A DNA stretch of 64,000 nt from GCF_002087085.1 NZ_MWQY01000020.1:1-64000, one strand, 5' to 3'; positions 18,708 to 28,258 are shown, counted from the first letter of the stretch. Program-made: numbers and translations. The notes: generated from the sequence alone by a model not told the origin.

Positions 18708-20866
18708 CGGAGAGGGTCTTTCTCCGAGGCGTGGATATCTTTTCTACCCTTTGTGCCGAAGAACTGGAGATCCTTGCAGGCCTGCTGAAGCGTCGTCTTT
18801 TACGGAGGGGTGAACTCCTTTTTTCGGAAGGTGATGACGGGGAAGAGATGTTCATCGTCGAAAGCGGCAGGATGGGAGTAAGCGTAGCCCTTGAAAAGGG
18901 GGGAGACCTGGAGGTCGCGGAGTTCGGCCCCCGGGAGTTCTTCGGAGAAATGTCGATCTTTGAAGGCGAACCCCGCTCCGCCAGCTGCAAGGCAAAAGAG
19001 GACTGCTCTCTCTTCAGTCTGAAAGCCGGGGATTTCTTCAGCCTGGCGGAGCGGTATCCTGAAACTTCAAACAGAATAATGCATCGTATGCTGAACATAA
19101 CCGCCCGGAGGCTCCGGAATACGAACCGCTTTCTGACGGAAATGGTAAGCTGGGGAGAATCCGCCCGGAAACGTGCTGTAACCGACGAGCTGACCGGCCT
19201 GTACAACCGGGGCTTCTTTGATGTCAGCCTCAAGCGCACGATTTCCGAAGCCCTCAGTGCGGGAGAGCCCCTGTGCCTTGCCATGGCGGACCTCGACGGC
19301 TTCGGCAGGCTGAACAGCCTCCACGGAGAGGAAACATGCAACCTGGTAATCCGGAAGGCGGCGGAGGTTTTCCGTCAGGGTTTCTCCGACGGGGATATCC
19401 TGACCCGTTACGGAGGGGATGAGTTCGCCTTTATTCTGCCGGGACGAAACTTGCGGGAAGCAAAGGAGTTATGCGATGATATATGCAGAAGAATGCAATC
19501 CCTCAGAATCGAGACGAATCGGAACCGGGAGTCTATACTGTTAAGTACGAGCATCGGTATAGCGGCCCTTTCCGACAGGACCTCCTTCGATGAGGACCTG
19601 GTAAAGATGGCGGATGAAGCATTGTACAGAGCCAAGGAAACAGGCCGCGGCCGGGCTCTCAGTTACAGCGGGGGACAAGGGGTGATGAGAAAAAGTGACA
19701 TTCCGAGCATTGCCGCAAAAAACAGAATAGTCCTGCGGATCATTGAGGCGCTGCTTCAAAGCCGCAACGTCCTGGTACTGGGACACAGGAACAGCGATGA
19801 AGACTGCATTGCTTCCATGGTGGCAATATCCCTTCTGGTAAAAAAGCTCAACAGAAACGTCTCCATTCTGCTGACCGAACAGATACATGAGCGATTTCAC
19901 TACCTTCTGAATATCTGCCGCTACAACGCCATCCATGTTATACCGGACTGTTCCGGCGGGGCGGATGAAATCGATACCATCTGCGTTGTGGATACCCCAA
20001 AACCGGAAATGCTCCAGATCTGCGAAGGAGCGCAGAAACTGCTTGCTTCTCCCAGGGTAAGGGTAATCGAATTTGATCATCACCTGGCAGCGGATTCCGC
20101 CTATATCGCCCCCAGGGAAACGGCCCTGGTGACGACAGCATCGTCGACCTGCGAGCTGATCGGCTTTCTGGCCCTGAAGATGCGATGTCTTCGGGATCGT
20201 TTCGAGGAGATCGACGGGGAAGACCTCTTCAGCCGGAACTTTGTTCTGGCCGTTCTCACCGGAATTGTCGGGGACTCGAAGATGGGGAAGTTCATAAAAA
20301 ACCACCGGGAGCGCTGGTTTTACAAACTCTTCTCCTCCCGTTTTTCCCGCATGCTCAGCGAGAAGACCCATCAGACCTCATCGAACCTCTCCTCCATGGA
20401 GGACATCTTCAAGGAGATCACCAGGCTCTCCCAGCTGGAAGAGCGATGTTTCAAGTACTTCATGAAATACAGACAGAGCCGGGGCTGTATTGCCTACACC
20501 GTCCTCGATGAAGAGATGACAAGTCCCCTCCCGGAGGAGACCGATATTGATCTCTTCGTCGCCACCGCCCGTTCGGTGGCGGATGCCCTGGCGGAAGAGA
20601 GCGGCTGCCTGGGAATGGTGGCCTACCACGACCCTCCGGAGGTTTCGGATCTTATCCAGTTTCGTATACGTCGCAGCCACTCCTTCCAGAATTTCGACCT
20701 GCGGGAAATTCTCTCCGCCGCCGGAATCGAGAACGGCGGCGGCCACGAAGGAGCCATCGGATTCCGGATTCCCAAAAAGGAGATATCGGACATCCGGGAA
20801 TACTGCAGTCACCTTACAGATATCATCATCGGTTTATTTACACCCCCTCAGGGCAAAGTAAAATAG
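18704..20866 (+). CDS. cNMP-binding + GGDEF + DHH/DHHA1 phosphoesterase fusion
   Basis: FFGEMSIF..EPRSA; TDELTGLYNR; YGGDEF. DHH motifs GHRNSDED, VVDT, FDHH, SSTCE and GIVGD; DHHA1 motif GGGHEGA. Confidence 0.92.
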   Translation: MTERVFLRGVDIFSTLCAEELEILAGLLKRRLLRRGELLFSEGDDGEEMFIVESGRMGVSVALEKGGDLEVAEFGPREFFGEMSIFEGEPRSASCKAKEDCSLFSLKAGDFFSLAERYPETSNRIMHRMLNITARRLRNTNRFLTEMVSWGESARKRAVTDELTGLYNRGFFDVSLKRTISEALSAGEPLCLAMADLDGFGRLNSLHGEETCNLVIRKAAEVFRQGFSDGDILTRYGGDEFAFILPGRNLREAKELCDDICRRMQSLRIETNRNRESILLSTSIGIAALSDRTSFDEDLVKMADEALYRAKETGRGRALSYSGGQGVMRKSDIPSIAAKNRIVLRIIEALLQSRNVLVLGHRNSDEDCIASMVAISLLVKKLNRNVSILLTEQIHERFHYLLNICRYNAIHVIPDCSGGADEIDTICVVDTPKPEMLQICEGAQKLLASPRVRVIEFDHHLAADSAYIAPRETALVTTASSTCELIGFLALKMRCLRDRFEEIDGEDLFSRNFVLAVLTGIVGDSKMGKFIKNHRERWFYKLFSSRFSRMLSEKTHQTSSNLSSMEDIFKEITRLSQLEERCFKYFMKYRQSRGCIAYTVLDEEMTSPLPEETDIDLFVATARSVADALAEESGCLGMVAYHDPPEVSDLIQFRIRRSHSFQNFDLREILSAAGIENGGGHEGAIGFRIPKKEISDIREYCSHLTDIIIGLFTPPQGKVK

Positions 20867-20892
20867 CCCGGAAGGCTGTGGTATACTGGGGT

Positions 20893-22161
20893 ATGAGCAC
20901 CGGACAGATCCCTCATGCATTTCCCTCCCCCAGACACAGACCACCGGAAGCAGGCAGCCTGTATGAGGCACCTGAACGGCTTCTGTCGACGATATCCTCC
21001 AGGACAGGGCAGATTCCCGCGGTACTGAACATTGTCGCCCCCATTGGATACGGAAAAACAAATCTGGCCGCCGCGGTCTGCCGTTCCCTTTTTTCCAGGA
21101 GTATATGGCTCAGCCTGACAGAAGGATGTGCCGATGAGCTGACCTTTAATTCCGACCTGCTCCTGTCAATCAGGGAGGCCGGACTTCCTGTTACGGGACA
21201 TCAGGACCTTAGCGACGTTTTTCAACAACAAAGCCCGGTCTGCCTGGTCCTGGACAATCTGCATCTGCTGCCCCGGGGGACCTCCGGATTTGTTCTGGAG
21301 TTTTTCGCGTCCCTGCCGGAGAACAGCCTGATGGTTCTCTGTGCCGACGAGGACCACAGTCTTCCGCTTTCCCGCCTCAGGATCGACGATCGTGTTCTGG
21401 AAATTCGTATTGAAGATTTAACAGCCACAAAGGATGAACTCGCGGCGTTCTTTGTCCGCCTCGGATCTTCTCCGTCGGAGGAGGACCTGGAGCTTATTCT
21501 GCAGAAGACCGGGGGATGGTGGGCCTGTATCCGTCTTTGTGCGATCAGCTGGCGCCAGCTCGATGCGGCAGGCAGAAAGGCGTTTCTGAACCAGTTCAGG
21601 GCCACGGACCGCTTTATCCGGGAGTTCCTGACCGAAAACATCGATACCCATCTTGCTCCGGAACACCTGGATTTTTTACGGACCATTTCAGTCTGCACCC
21701 ATATCAGAACCGAACTTGCATCCCGGCTTTGCGGGATCCCGGAGGATCGTATCCGGACTCTTGTACAGGAACTTGCGTCCCGCTTCATTCTGCTTCCCAT
21801 CGGTCACGGCTGGTACCGACTTCCGGTCATTCTCAAGCAGCACTACTGTGCGGAACTCGACAGAAGCAGCCGGGAGAATCTGCACCGCAGGGCATCCGGG
21901 TGGTTCCAGTTACAGCATATGCCGAAACTGGCCTCCCATCATCTTCAGAAAGCCGGAATACAGTCTCCCCTGGCTCCCAGGGAAACGGAGATCCTCCTCC
22001 AGGCAGCTCAGGGTCTGAGCAATGCGGAGATCGGTGAACGCCTCTTTATCAGCCAGGGTACGGTAAAGTGGCACATGAACAGGATCCTGGAAAAACTCGA
22101 CTGCAGCAACCGGACCGCTGCAGTTGAAACCGCAAGAAGAAACGGTTTTATCTCCGGCTGA
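20893..22161 (+). CDS. MalT-like ATPase-LuxR transcriptional regulator (short form)
   Basis: Walker A APIGYGKT, Walker B LVLDN, TGGW, and a C-terminal LuxR HTH (PRETEIL..GLSNAEIGERLFISQGTVKWH). Confidence 0.88.
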   Translation: MSTGQIPHAFPSPRHRPPEAGSLYEAPERLLSTISSRTGQIPAVLNIVAPIGYGKTNLAAAVCRSLFSRSIWLSLTEGCADELTFNSDLLLSIREAGLPVTGHQDLSDVFQQQSPVCLVLDNLHLLPRGTSGFVLEFFASLPENSLMVLCADEDHSLPLSRLRIDDRVLEIRIEDLTATKDELAAFFVRLGSSPSEEDLELILQKTGGWWACIRLCAISWRQLDAAGRKAFLNQFRATDRFIREFLTENIDTHLAPEHLDFLRTISVCTHIRTELASRLCGIPEDRIRTLVQELASRFILLPIGHGWYRLPVILKQHYCAELDRSSRENLHRRASGWFQLQHMPKLASHHLQKAGIQSPLAPRETEILLQAAQGLSNAEIGERLFISQGTVKWHMNRILEKLDCSNRTAAVETARRNGFISG

Positions 22162-22252
22162 AACAAACATAAATCCTAACCGTACTCCTGCCTTTGGATA
22201 GGTGCCCTCCTCATCCCCGGAGAAGTACACTCCCATACAGGGAGACGCGGGA

Positions 22253-22498
22253 ATGAACGCCAGTCGTAAACGGTCCTATCAGATTCTCGCAGAGGGAACA
22301 ATAACCCGGATAGAAGATGAACGGCTTTCGTCATGGATATTCCAGTCCCTGGAGGATGGAAAAACCCTCATGACCGGGCCGCAAATCGACAGTTCCGGCC
22401 TCTACGGAATTCTGTCGGCCCTGCGGGACAGCGGAATCGTGCTCCTGGGAATCAGAGAAGTCAAACCACCCCACAGAACAGGAGGAGACAGAAAATGA
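22253..22498 (+). CDS. Small conserved hypothetical protein of the type often found next to MalT-like regulators
   Basis: GGAG RBS; pattern Y.I...G..T.LTGP.ID.S.LYGIL..LRD.G; ATGA overlap with the next gene. Confidence 0.65.
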   Translation: MNASRKRSYQILAEGTITRIEDERLSSWIFQSLEDGKTLMTGPQIDSSGLYGILSALRDSGIVLLGIREVKPPHRTGGDRK

Positions 22499-24939
22499 AG
22501 CATTCAATTTTCATCGCTGCATGTATTGCAGCCGTATCACTGATGGCAGGCTGCGCCAGCTTTACAGGGACCATCCCCATAGAAAGCGATGCACCAGAGG
22601 CGTTCTATATCTCACCCAAAAACGCCGACGGAATCAAGGACAGCCTGGCAATAGCGCTGGATTTCCCGGAAATAAAGGGACTGACAATCTCTTTCTATGA
22701 GTATTCGATTCAGCGTGACGACGGATCTTCGTTCTACAGTTATTCCGAGCGGGCGGAACGCCCTCCGTGGTATAAACGGATTATCGGCGCAAAGGCGGCG
22801 GTAAAACTGCCCCGGGAAATCGTCTGGGACGGCCGGGGAGACACGGGCGTTTTTGCCCCGGACGGGAAATACTACATGCTTGTACGTGCGGAAGATGCAA
22901 AGGGCAACCGGGGAGAAGCCGGGCCTTTTACGGTCATCGTGGACGATACCCCCCCGGCGGTACATGTAATGCTTCCCTATACCGTGTTTTCTCCCAACGG
23001 TGATAATAACCGTGATACCCTGGATATCTATTTTCGCGACGCTTCTCTGGAAGAAACCTGGGAAGCCCGGATTCGAAAAAGCGACAATACCCCGGTTCTG
23101 GACTACAGCTGGCAGAAGTTCCCCATGGACACCCGCTGGGACGGCAGGACTGAAACCGGAGAACTTATGGCAGATGGCGAATACATCTTCTCGCTAAGCT
23201 CCACAGACCTGGCGGGCAACAGCTTCAGCTGGGACAGCGGCCCCCTCTTGAAGGAATCCGCCCTCCCCCCGATCTCCGCCAGGCTTTCGGATACAATACT
23301 GTCCCCCAACGGAGACGGAATAAAGGATTCAGTAATTCTGTATCTTGACGCCGAAACGCCGGACAGGATTGTCAAGGCCGGGATATCTGTGATCGGGAAA
23401 AACGGTGCAAGTCTGGCCAGTCTTCCGGCGCCTTCGAGTTACCCGACAAGCATAACAATAAACGGTATAATGGATAACGGGCGCCCGATTCCTGACGGTA
23501 TATATTATATCCGGTTCAACGTGGAATACCGCAACGGGGCTGTTCCCTCCACCGTGACACCTCCTCTTCTCATTGATACAGCTCCCCCGTCAGCAGTAGT
23601 CAGCGTCGATTACCGGCTCTTTTCTCCCGACGGCGACGGTCGCAGGGATGAGCTGAGCTTTTACCAGAGCAGCGAAGAAGCCTCTGCCTGGAGCGGATCC
23701 ATAACCGACCAGAGCGGCCGCACGGTTTTTCGCCGCGATTTCGGTCCCCGGGCCCCCGGTTTCGTCTGGAACGGCCGGGACTCCCAGGGCAGGGCTGTTC
23801 CTGACGGCGTTTATACATACAGCCTTCAGGGTTCCGACGAGGCCGGCAACAGAGCCCTCCGGCGGATTGACGGTATTCGTGTCGATACCCGGCCCACCCC
23901 GGTGGCGCTGCGCTCCATGGATACCAGCTTCAGTCCCAACGGGGACGGGATCACCGAAACAGCCCGTTTTACCCCGGTTATAGAGATTACCGAAGGAATC
24001 AGCTCATGGCTCTTCGAGATCACCGACAGCAGGGAAACTGCAGTCTTCGCCCTTTCCGGAAGGAGCTATAACGATCTTCCCCGCACCCTTCTGTGGACCG
24101 GAGAAGGGGCTCCCGAAGGACTCTACGGCGGACGCCTTACCGCGGAATATGAAAAGGGAAATGTCGCTGTCAGCGTCAGTCCTGAACAGGTTGCCCTGGA
24201 TATCAGCGGACCTGGAATCAATGTTCAGGTATCGTCACTTCCCTTCGGACCCGATGGAGACGGGGTAAACGACAGGCTGATGATCAAAATCGCTGTGGAT
24301 GATCCCTCGGGAATCATCCTTCGGGAAGCCGAGATTCTCGATCCCGCGGGGAACGCCTTCCTTCGTCTGCCTGCCGCTGCTTTTACATCCGCAGGCTGGT
24401 CCTGGGATGGAAAATCCGCCTCGGGGGAGCTGGTACAGTCCGCTTCCGACTACACCCTCGTTGTCCGGTCCAGGGATACCGTGGGAAACGAAAGCCGCTA
24501 CAATCTGGCAATCCCGGTGGATATTCTGGTAATCCGTGACGGAGACCGTCTGAAAATCAGTATCTCCAGCATTTACTTCAAACCGAACACTCCCGACTAC
24601 ATCAATGTGGAGCCGGAGACCGCCAAACGGAACCTTGCAACCCTGGACAGACTGGCTGAGATTCTCAAAAAGTATGCCGACTACCGGATCAGACTCGAAG
24701 GTCATGGCGTACGAATCTACTGGGACCAGCCGCAGCGCTGGCTGACTGAGGAAACCGAGGTACTGGTGCCCCTCTCCAGGGCCCGGGCAGAGGCCATCCG
24801 ATCCGCCCTCAGCTCCCGGGGAGTCAAACCCGAACGCATGAGTATAGAAGGTTTCGGAGGTTATCGGCCGGTGGTTCCCCACGGAGATCTGGATAACCGC
24901 TGGAAGAACAGGCGGGTGGAATTTATCCTGGTTAAATAA
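22495..24939 (+). CDS. OmpA-family lipoprotein with six FlgD-Ig-like repeats
   Basis: AGGAGG RBS and lipobox LMAGC; six SPxxDGxxD...W(D/N/T)G repeats; C-terminal LEGH..LSRARAEA..NRRVEF. Confidence 0.9.
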   Translation: MKHSIFIAACIAAVSLMAGCASFTGTIPIESDAPEAFYISPKNADGIKDSLAIALDFPEIKGLTISFYEYSIQRDDGSSFYSYSERAERPPWYKRIIGAKAAVKLPREIVWDGRGDTGVFAPDGKYYMLVRAEDAKGNRGEAGPFTVIVDDTPPAVHVMLPYTVFSPNGDNNRDTLDIYFRDASLEETWEARIRKSDNTPVLDYSWQKFPMDTRWDGRTETGELMADGEYIFSLSSTDLAGNSFSWDSGPLLKESALPPISARLSDTILSPNGDGIKDSVILYLDAETPDRIVKAGISVIGKNGASLASLPAPSSYPTSITINGIMDNGRPIPDGIYYIRFNVEYRNGAVPSTVTPPLLIDTAPPSAVVSVDYRLFSPDGDGRRDELSFYQSSEEASAWSGSITDQSGRTVFRRDFGPRAPGFVWNGRDSQGRAVPDGVYTYSLQGSDEAGNRALRRIDGIRVDTRPTPVALRSMDTSFSPNGDGITETARFTPVIEITEGISSWLFEITDSRETAVFALSGRSYNDLPRTLLWTGEGAPEGLYGGRLTAEYEKGNVAVSVSPEQVALDISGPGINVQVSSLPFGPDGDGVNDRLMIKIAVDDPSGIILREAEILDPAGNAFLRLPAAAFTSAGWSWDGKSASGELVQSASDYTLVVRSRDTVGNESRYNLAIPVDILVIRDGDRLKISISSIYFKPNTPDYINVEPETAKRNLATLDRLAEILKKYADYRIRLEGHGVRIYWDQPQRWLTEETEVLVPLSRARAEAIRSALSSRGVKPERMSIEGFGGYRPVVPHGDLDNRWKNRRVEFILVK

Positions 24940-25099
24940 GGGCGTCTCTAAAAACGTGGTATTTTTGCCATAGTCAAGGAGGAAAGATTTTGTAGCGCCC
25001 GCACCCAGCCACGAAATCCTCGATTTAGTGGCTGGGGAGGACCGCGGGAAATCTTGACGACGCAGGATAAGGGAAAAAGAGTAGTTTTTAGAGGCGCCC
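24940..25099. mobile_element. 160-bp MITE-like element with 16-bp terminal inverted repeats
   Basis: GGGCGTCTCTAAAAAC (24940-24955) and GTTTTTAGAGGCGCCC (25084-25099) match at 15/16. It is non-coding and carries an internal hairpin. Confidence 0.7.
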
Positions 25100-25166
25100 G
25101 GAAAAATATGCCGGGGGAGCTTCCGTCCCGTAGACAGAGCCTCCCCCCGGCCCTACAATACCCGCC

Positions 25167-26387
25167 ATGGCAGACATCGCTGTAATCGGCGGCGGACCGG
25201 CGGGACTGTTTGCCGCCCTCAGGGCGGTACAGCGGGGGAACCGGGTGCGCATCCTGGAAAAGATGAAAAGCCCCGGCCGCAAGCTGCTCCTGAGCGGTTC
25301 CGGCCAGTGCAATATTACCCACGCGGGAGAGGTAAGGGACTTCCTTTCCCGCTACGGCGAGGCCGGCCGTTTTCTGCGCCCCGCCCTATTTCATCTGAGC
25401 CCCCGGGACCTCCTGAATTTCTTTGAACAGAGGGGTATCGGTTTCGAGACGGAAGAAGAGGGCAAGATCTTTCCCGCAAGCCGCCGCGCCCGGGACATTC
25501 TCGATGTGCTGATCCGGGAGCTCGAGGCATCCGGAGTTGAGCTTGTAAGCGGCATGGCTGTATCGTCCATACAAGCAGACAGGGACGGATTCACTCTCAT
25601 GAGCAGAGGAGAAGTGATCGGTCCCGTGGACAGGGTCATACTGGCAGCCGGGGGGGCCTCGTATCCCTCCACCGGTTCCGACGGTTCGGGCTTTGCCCTG
25701 GCACAGCAGCTGGGACACGATATCGTGAGCCCCCGACCGGCCCTTACGGACGCGGTAATCCGGGACTTCGATATGGAGGAGCTGGCAGGCATATCCTTAA
25801 GGAACTGCAGGGTACTCCAGTACAGAAACGAACAGCTCCAGGCCCGCCTTACAGGGGATTTCCTTATCACCCATACGGGTTTTTCCGGCCCCGTCATCAT
25901 GGATGCCTCCCGGAACATCTATCCCGGGGATGTCCTGGTTCCCGATTTCGGCGGCCACGGGGAAGATACGGAAGAGATAGTCCGGCGTTTTGCAGAGGAA
26001 AACGGGAAAAAACAGATAAAATCCTTATCCCGGATTCTCAGCTGTCCCGAAGCACTCCTTGAGAAGCTGCTTATCCGGGCCGGTATAGCCGGGGAACAGC
26101 GCCTGGGGGAACTCTCCAGAAAGATGCGGCGCCTGCTGGCCCGGATAATCGCCGAGACCCCCTACCTGGTTGACCGCACCGGGGGTTTCCAAAGAGCCAG
26201 AGTCACCGCAGGCGGCGTGAACCGCCGGGAAATCAGTCCCGGCAGTATGGAGAGCAGAATCGTACCCGGACTCTTCTTTGCCGGGGAGCTCATCGACATT
26301 GACGGTGATACCGGGGGCTTCAACCTGCAGGCGGCCTTCTCCACCGGGGCCCTGGCGGGGGACAGCTGCGACCAAAAAGACCAATAA
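25167..26387 (+). CDS. HI0933/BaiN-family NAD(P)/FAD-dependent oxidoreductase
   Basis: GGGPAG, GRKLLLSGSGQCNITH, GGASYP.TGSDG, LITHTGFSGP and GELIDIDGDTGGFNLQAA. Confidence 0.95.
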   Translation: MADIAVIGGGPAGLFAALRAVQRGNRVRILEKMKSPGRKLLLSGSGQCNITHAGEVRDFLSRYGEAGRFLRPALFHLSPRDLLNFFEQRGIGFETEEEGKIFPASRRARDILDVLIRELEASGVELVSGMAVSSIQADRDGFTLMSRGEVIGPVDRVILAAGGASYPSTGSDGSGFALAQQLGHDIVSPRPALTDAVIRDFDMEELAGISLRNCRVLQYRNEQLQARLTGDFLITHTGFSGPVIMDASRNIYPGDVLVPDFGGHGEDTEEIVRRFAEENGKKQIKSLSRILSCPEALLEKLLIRAGIAGEQRLGELSRKMRRLLARIIAETPYLVDRTGGFQRARVTAGGVNRREISPGSMESRIVPGLFFAGELIDIDGDTGGFNLQAAFSTGALAGDSCDQKDQ

Positions 26388-26397
26388 AAACAATACG
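26371..26397 (+). promoter_or_regulatory. Three A-rich direct repeats with a 9-bp period; candidate CitB/DcuR-type binding site
   Basis: ACCAAAAAG ACCAATAAA AACAATACG upstream of the flavoprotein and two-component operon. Confidence 0.4.
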
Positions 26398-26488
26398 GTG
26401 TAAAACCTTGTTCCTTGGCAGCTTCTGCCGTACCCTCCTAATCGTTAATAATTTATCTATAGGAATATAGATCATGAAGGAGTCAAGG

Positions 26489-28207
26489 ATGAGAAAGATC
26501 CGTATTGCATCGACCGTTTGTACTGTAGTTCTGATTGCCCTTCTCGCCTCCTGCGGGAGCGCTGTCTATACGGCAGGCACCTACACCGGAGAGGGAGAAG
26601 GTCACGGCGGAACGATTCGTCTTGAAGTTTCGGTGGACGACAAATCCATTACCGATATCACAATCACTGAGAACCCGGAATCGGATTTCAGTCTTCCCGC
26701 CATCAACAAGCTTATCGATACCGCCATCGAGAAGAACAGCGGTGAAATTGACAGCATCAGCGGCGCAACGGAGACCTCCGCCGGCGTAATCACCGCCATT
26801 CAGGCAGCCCTTGCCAAGGCCCGCACCGGCGAAGCGGCACCCCAGGGGGCAGAAAAAGAGCGCACAGGCGCCCGGGACATCAGCGTGGACGTGGCTGTTG
26901 TCGGTTCCGGCGGAGCGGGGCTCTCCGCGGCCATCGAGGCAAAGAATGCCGGCGCTACCGTGATAATCATTGAAAAGATGGCCGTTGCCGGGGGTAACAC
27001 CAATTACGCCACCGGAGGACTCAACGCCGCTGAAACCAGCTTTCAGAAGGAGCAGGGAATCGAGGATTCGGCGGAGCTCTTCTTTGAAGACACCATGAAG
27101 GGCGGAAAGAACATCAACAATCCCGACCTGGTAAAAGTCCTGACCTCCCGCTCGGCAGACACAGTCGCATGGCTCACCGACCTGGGAGCGGATCTGAGCG
27201 ACGTTGGACGCCTGGGAGGCGCCTCGGTTAACCGCGCCCACCGGCCCAAGGGCGGTAAAGCCGTTGGAGCCCACATTGCGGGTACCCTGCAGAAGGTTGC
27301 CGAAGCCGCAGGCGTCGAAATACTGCTGGATAACAGGGCAGTCGCCCTGGTAAGTCAGAACGGCAGCGTTACCGGAGTAAAGGTCGAATCCCCCGAGGGA
27401 AGCTATACCATAAACGCGAAGGCGGTAATTCTGGCAACCGGCGGTTTCGGCGCCAGCCCCGAAAAGATCGTCCGGTACAAACCCGAACTGGAAGGCTTTG
27501 GCACCACCAACCATCCCGGCGCCACCGGTGATGCCCTGGATCTGGTAAAGGACCTGAATGTCGCCCTGGTGGATATCGAACAGATCCAGACCCATCCCAC
27601 GGTTGTCCCGGTCAAGAACACCATGATCACCGAGGCGGTCCGGGGTAACGGAGCCATCCTGGTCAACCGTGACGGAGTGCGCTTTGTCTCCGAGCTTGAA
27701 ACCCGGGATGTCGTATCCGACGCCGAGCTGGCCCAGAAGGGAGGAACAGCCTTCCTGCTCTTCGACCAGGGCGTACGGGAGTCCCTGGCGGCCATCGAGA
27801 AATACGCCAGGAGCGGACTTCTTACCGAAGGAGCAAGCCTTGAGGAACTGGCGGCAAGCATGGACATTGATGCCACAGTTCTGGCGGAGACAGTTGAAAC
27901 CTACAACTCCTATGTAGCCTCCGGTACGGATGCCGATTTCGGCAGAGCCAGCATGGCCCGGCAGCTGACCCAGGCGCCCTATTACATGGTAGAGGTGGGG
28001 CCCGCGGTCCACCACACCATGGGCGGAATCAAGATCGATACCGAAGCCCGGGTCATCAATAAGGACGGAAAGGCCGTTCCCGGACTCTACGCCGCCGGTG
28101 AGGTTACAGGAGGAGTCCACGGCGCCAACCGTCTCGGCGGCAACGCCATGGCGGACATTACAATCTTCGGACGCATCGCAGGCAAAAGCGCTGCTGAAGG
28201 TAAATAA
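26489..28207 (+). CDS. Lipoprotein flavocytochrome-c-family (fumarate-reductase-like) flavoprotein with N-terminal FMN-binding domain
   Basis: Lipobox LLASC; flavinylation motif DSISGAT; GSGGAG, IQTHPT, TEAVRG, TRD, HHTMGG and HGANRLGGN. Confidence 0.92.
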   Translation: MRKIRIASTVCTVVLIALLASCGSAVYTAGTYTGEGEGHGGTIRLEVSVDDKSITDITITENPESDFSLPAINKLIDTAIEKNSGEIDSISGATETSAGVITAIQAALAKARTGEAAPQGAEKERTGARDISVDVAVVGSGGAGLSAAIEAKNAGATVIIIEKMAVAGGNTNYATGGLNAAETSFQKEQGIEDSAELFFEDTMKGGKNINNPDLVKVLTSRSADTVAWLTDLGADLSDVGRLGGASVNRAHRPKGGKAVGAHIAGTLQKVAEAAGVEILLDNRAVALVSQNGSVTGVKVESPEGSYTINAKAVILATGGFGASPEKIVRYKPELEGFGTTNHPGATGDALDLVKDLNVALVDIEQIQTHPTVVPVKNTMITEAVRGNGAILVNRDGVRFVSELETRDVVSDAELAQKGGTAFLLFDQGVRESLAAIEKYARSGLLTEGASLEELAASMDIDATVLAETVETYNSYVASGTDADFGRASMARQLTQAPYYMVEVGPAVHHTMGGIKIDTEARVINKDGKAVPGLYAAGEVTGGVHGANRLGGNAMADITIFGRIAGKSAAEGK

Positions 28208-28234
28208 TACCTGCCGGAAAACAGGATAAACACG

Positions 28235-28258
28235 GGCCGGGGCCCCGGGGCCCCGGTC
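28235..28258. terminator. GC-rich palindrome after the flavoprotein gene
   Basis: GGCCGGGGCCCC|GGGGCCCCGGTC. Confidence 0.4.

Noticed and set aside
22495..24540. Recurring SPNGDG-encoding DNA as a possible CRISPR-like or tandem array
   Set aside because: The repeats are degenerate, in frame and about 330 bp apart, and are explained by Ig-like protein domains. No cas genes are present.
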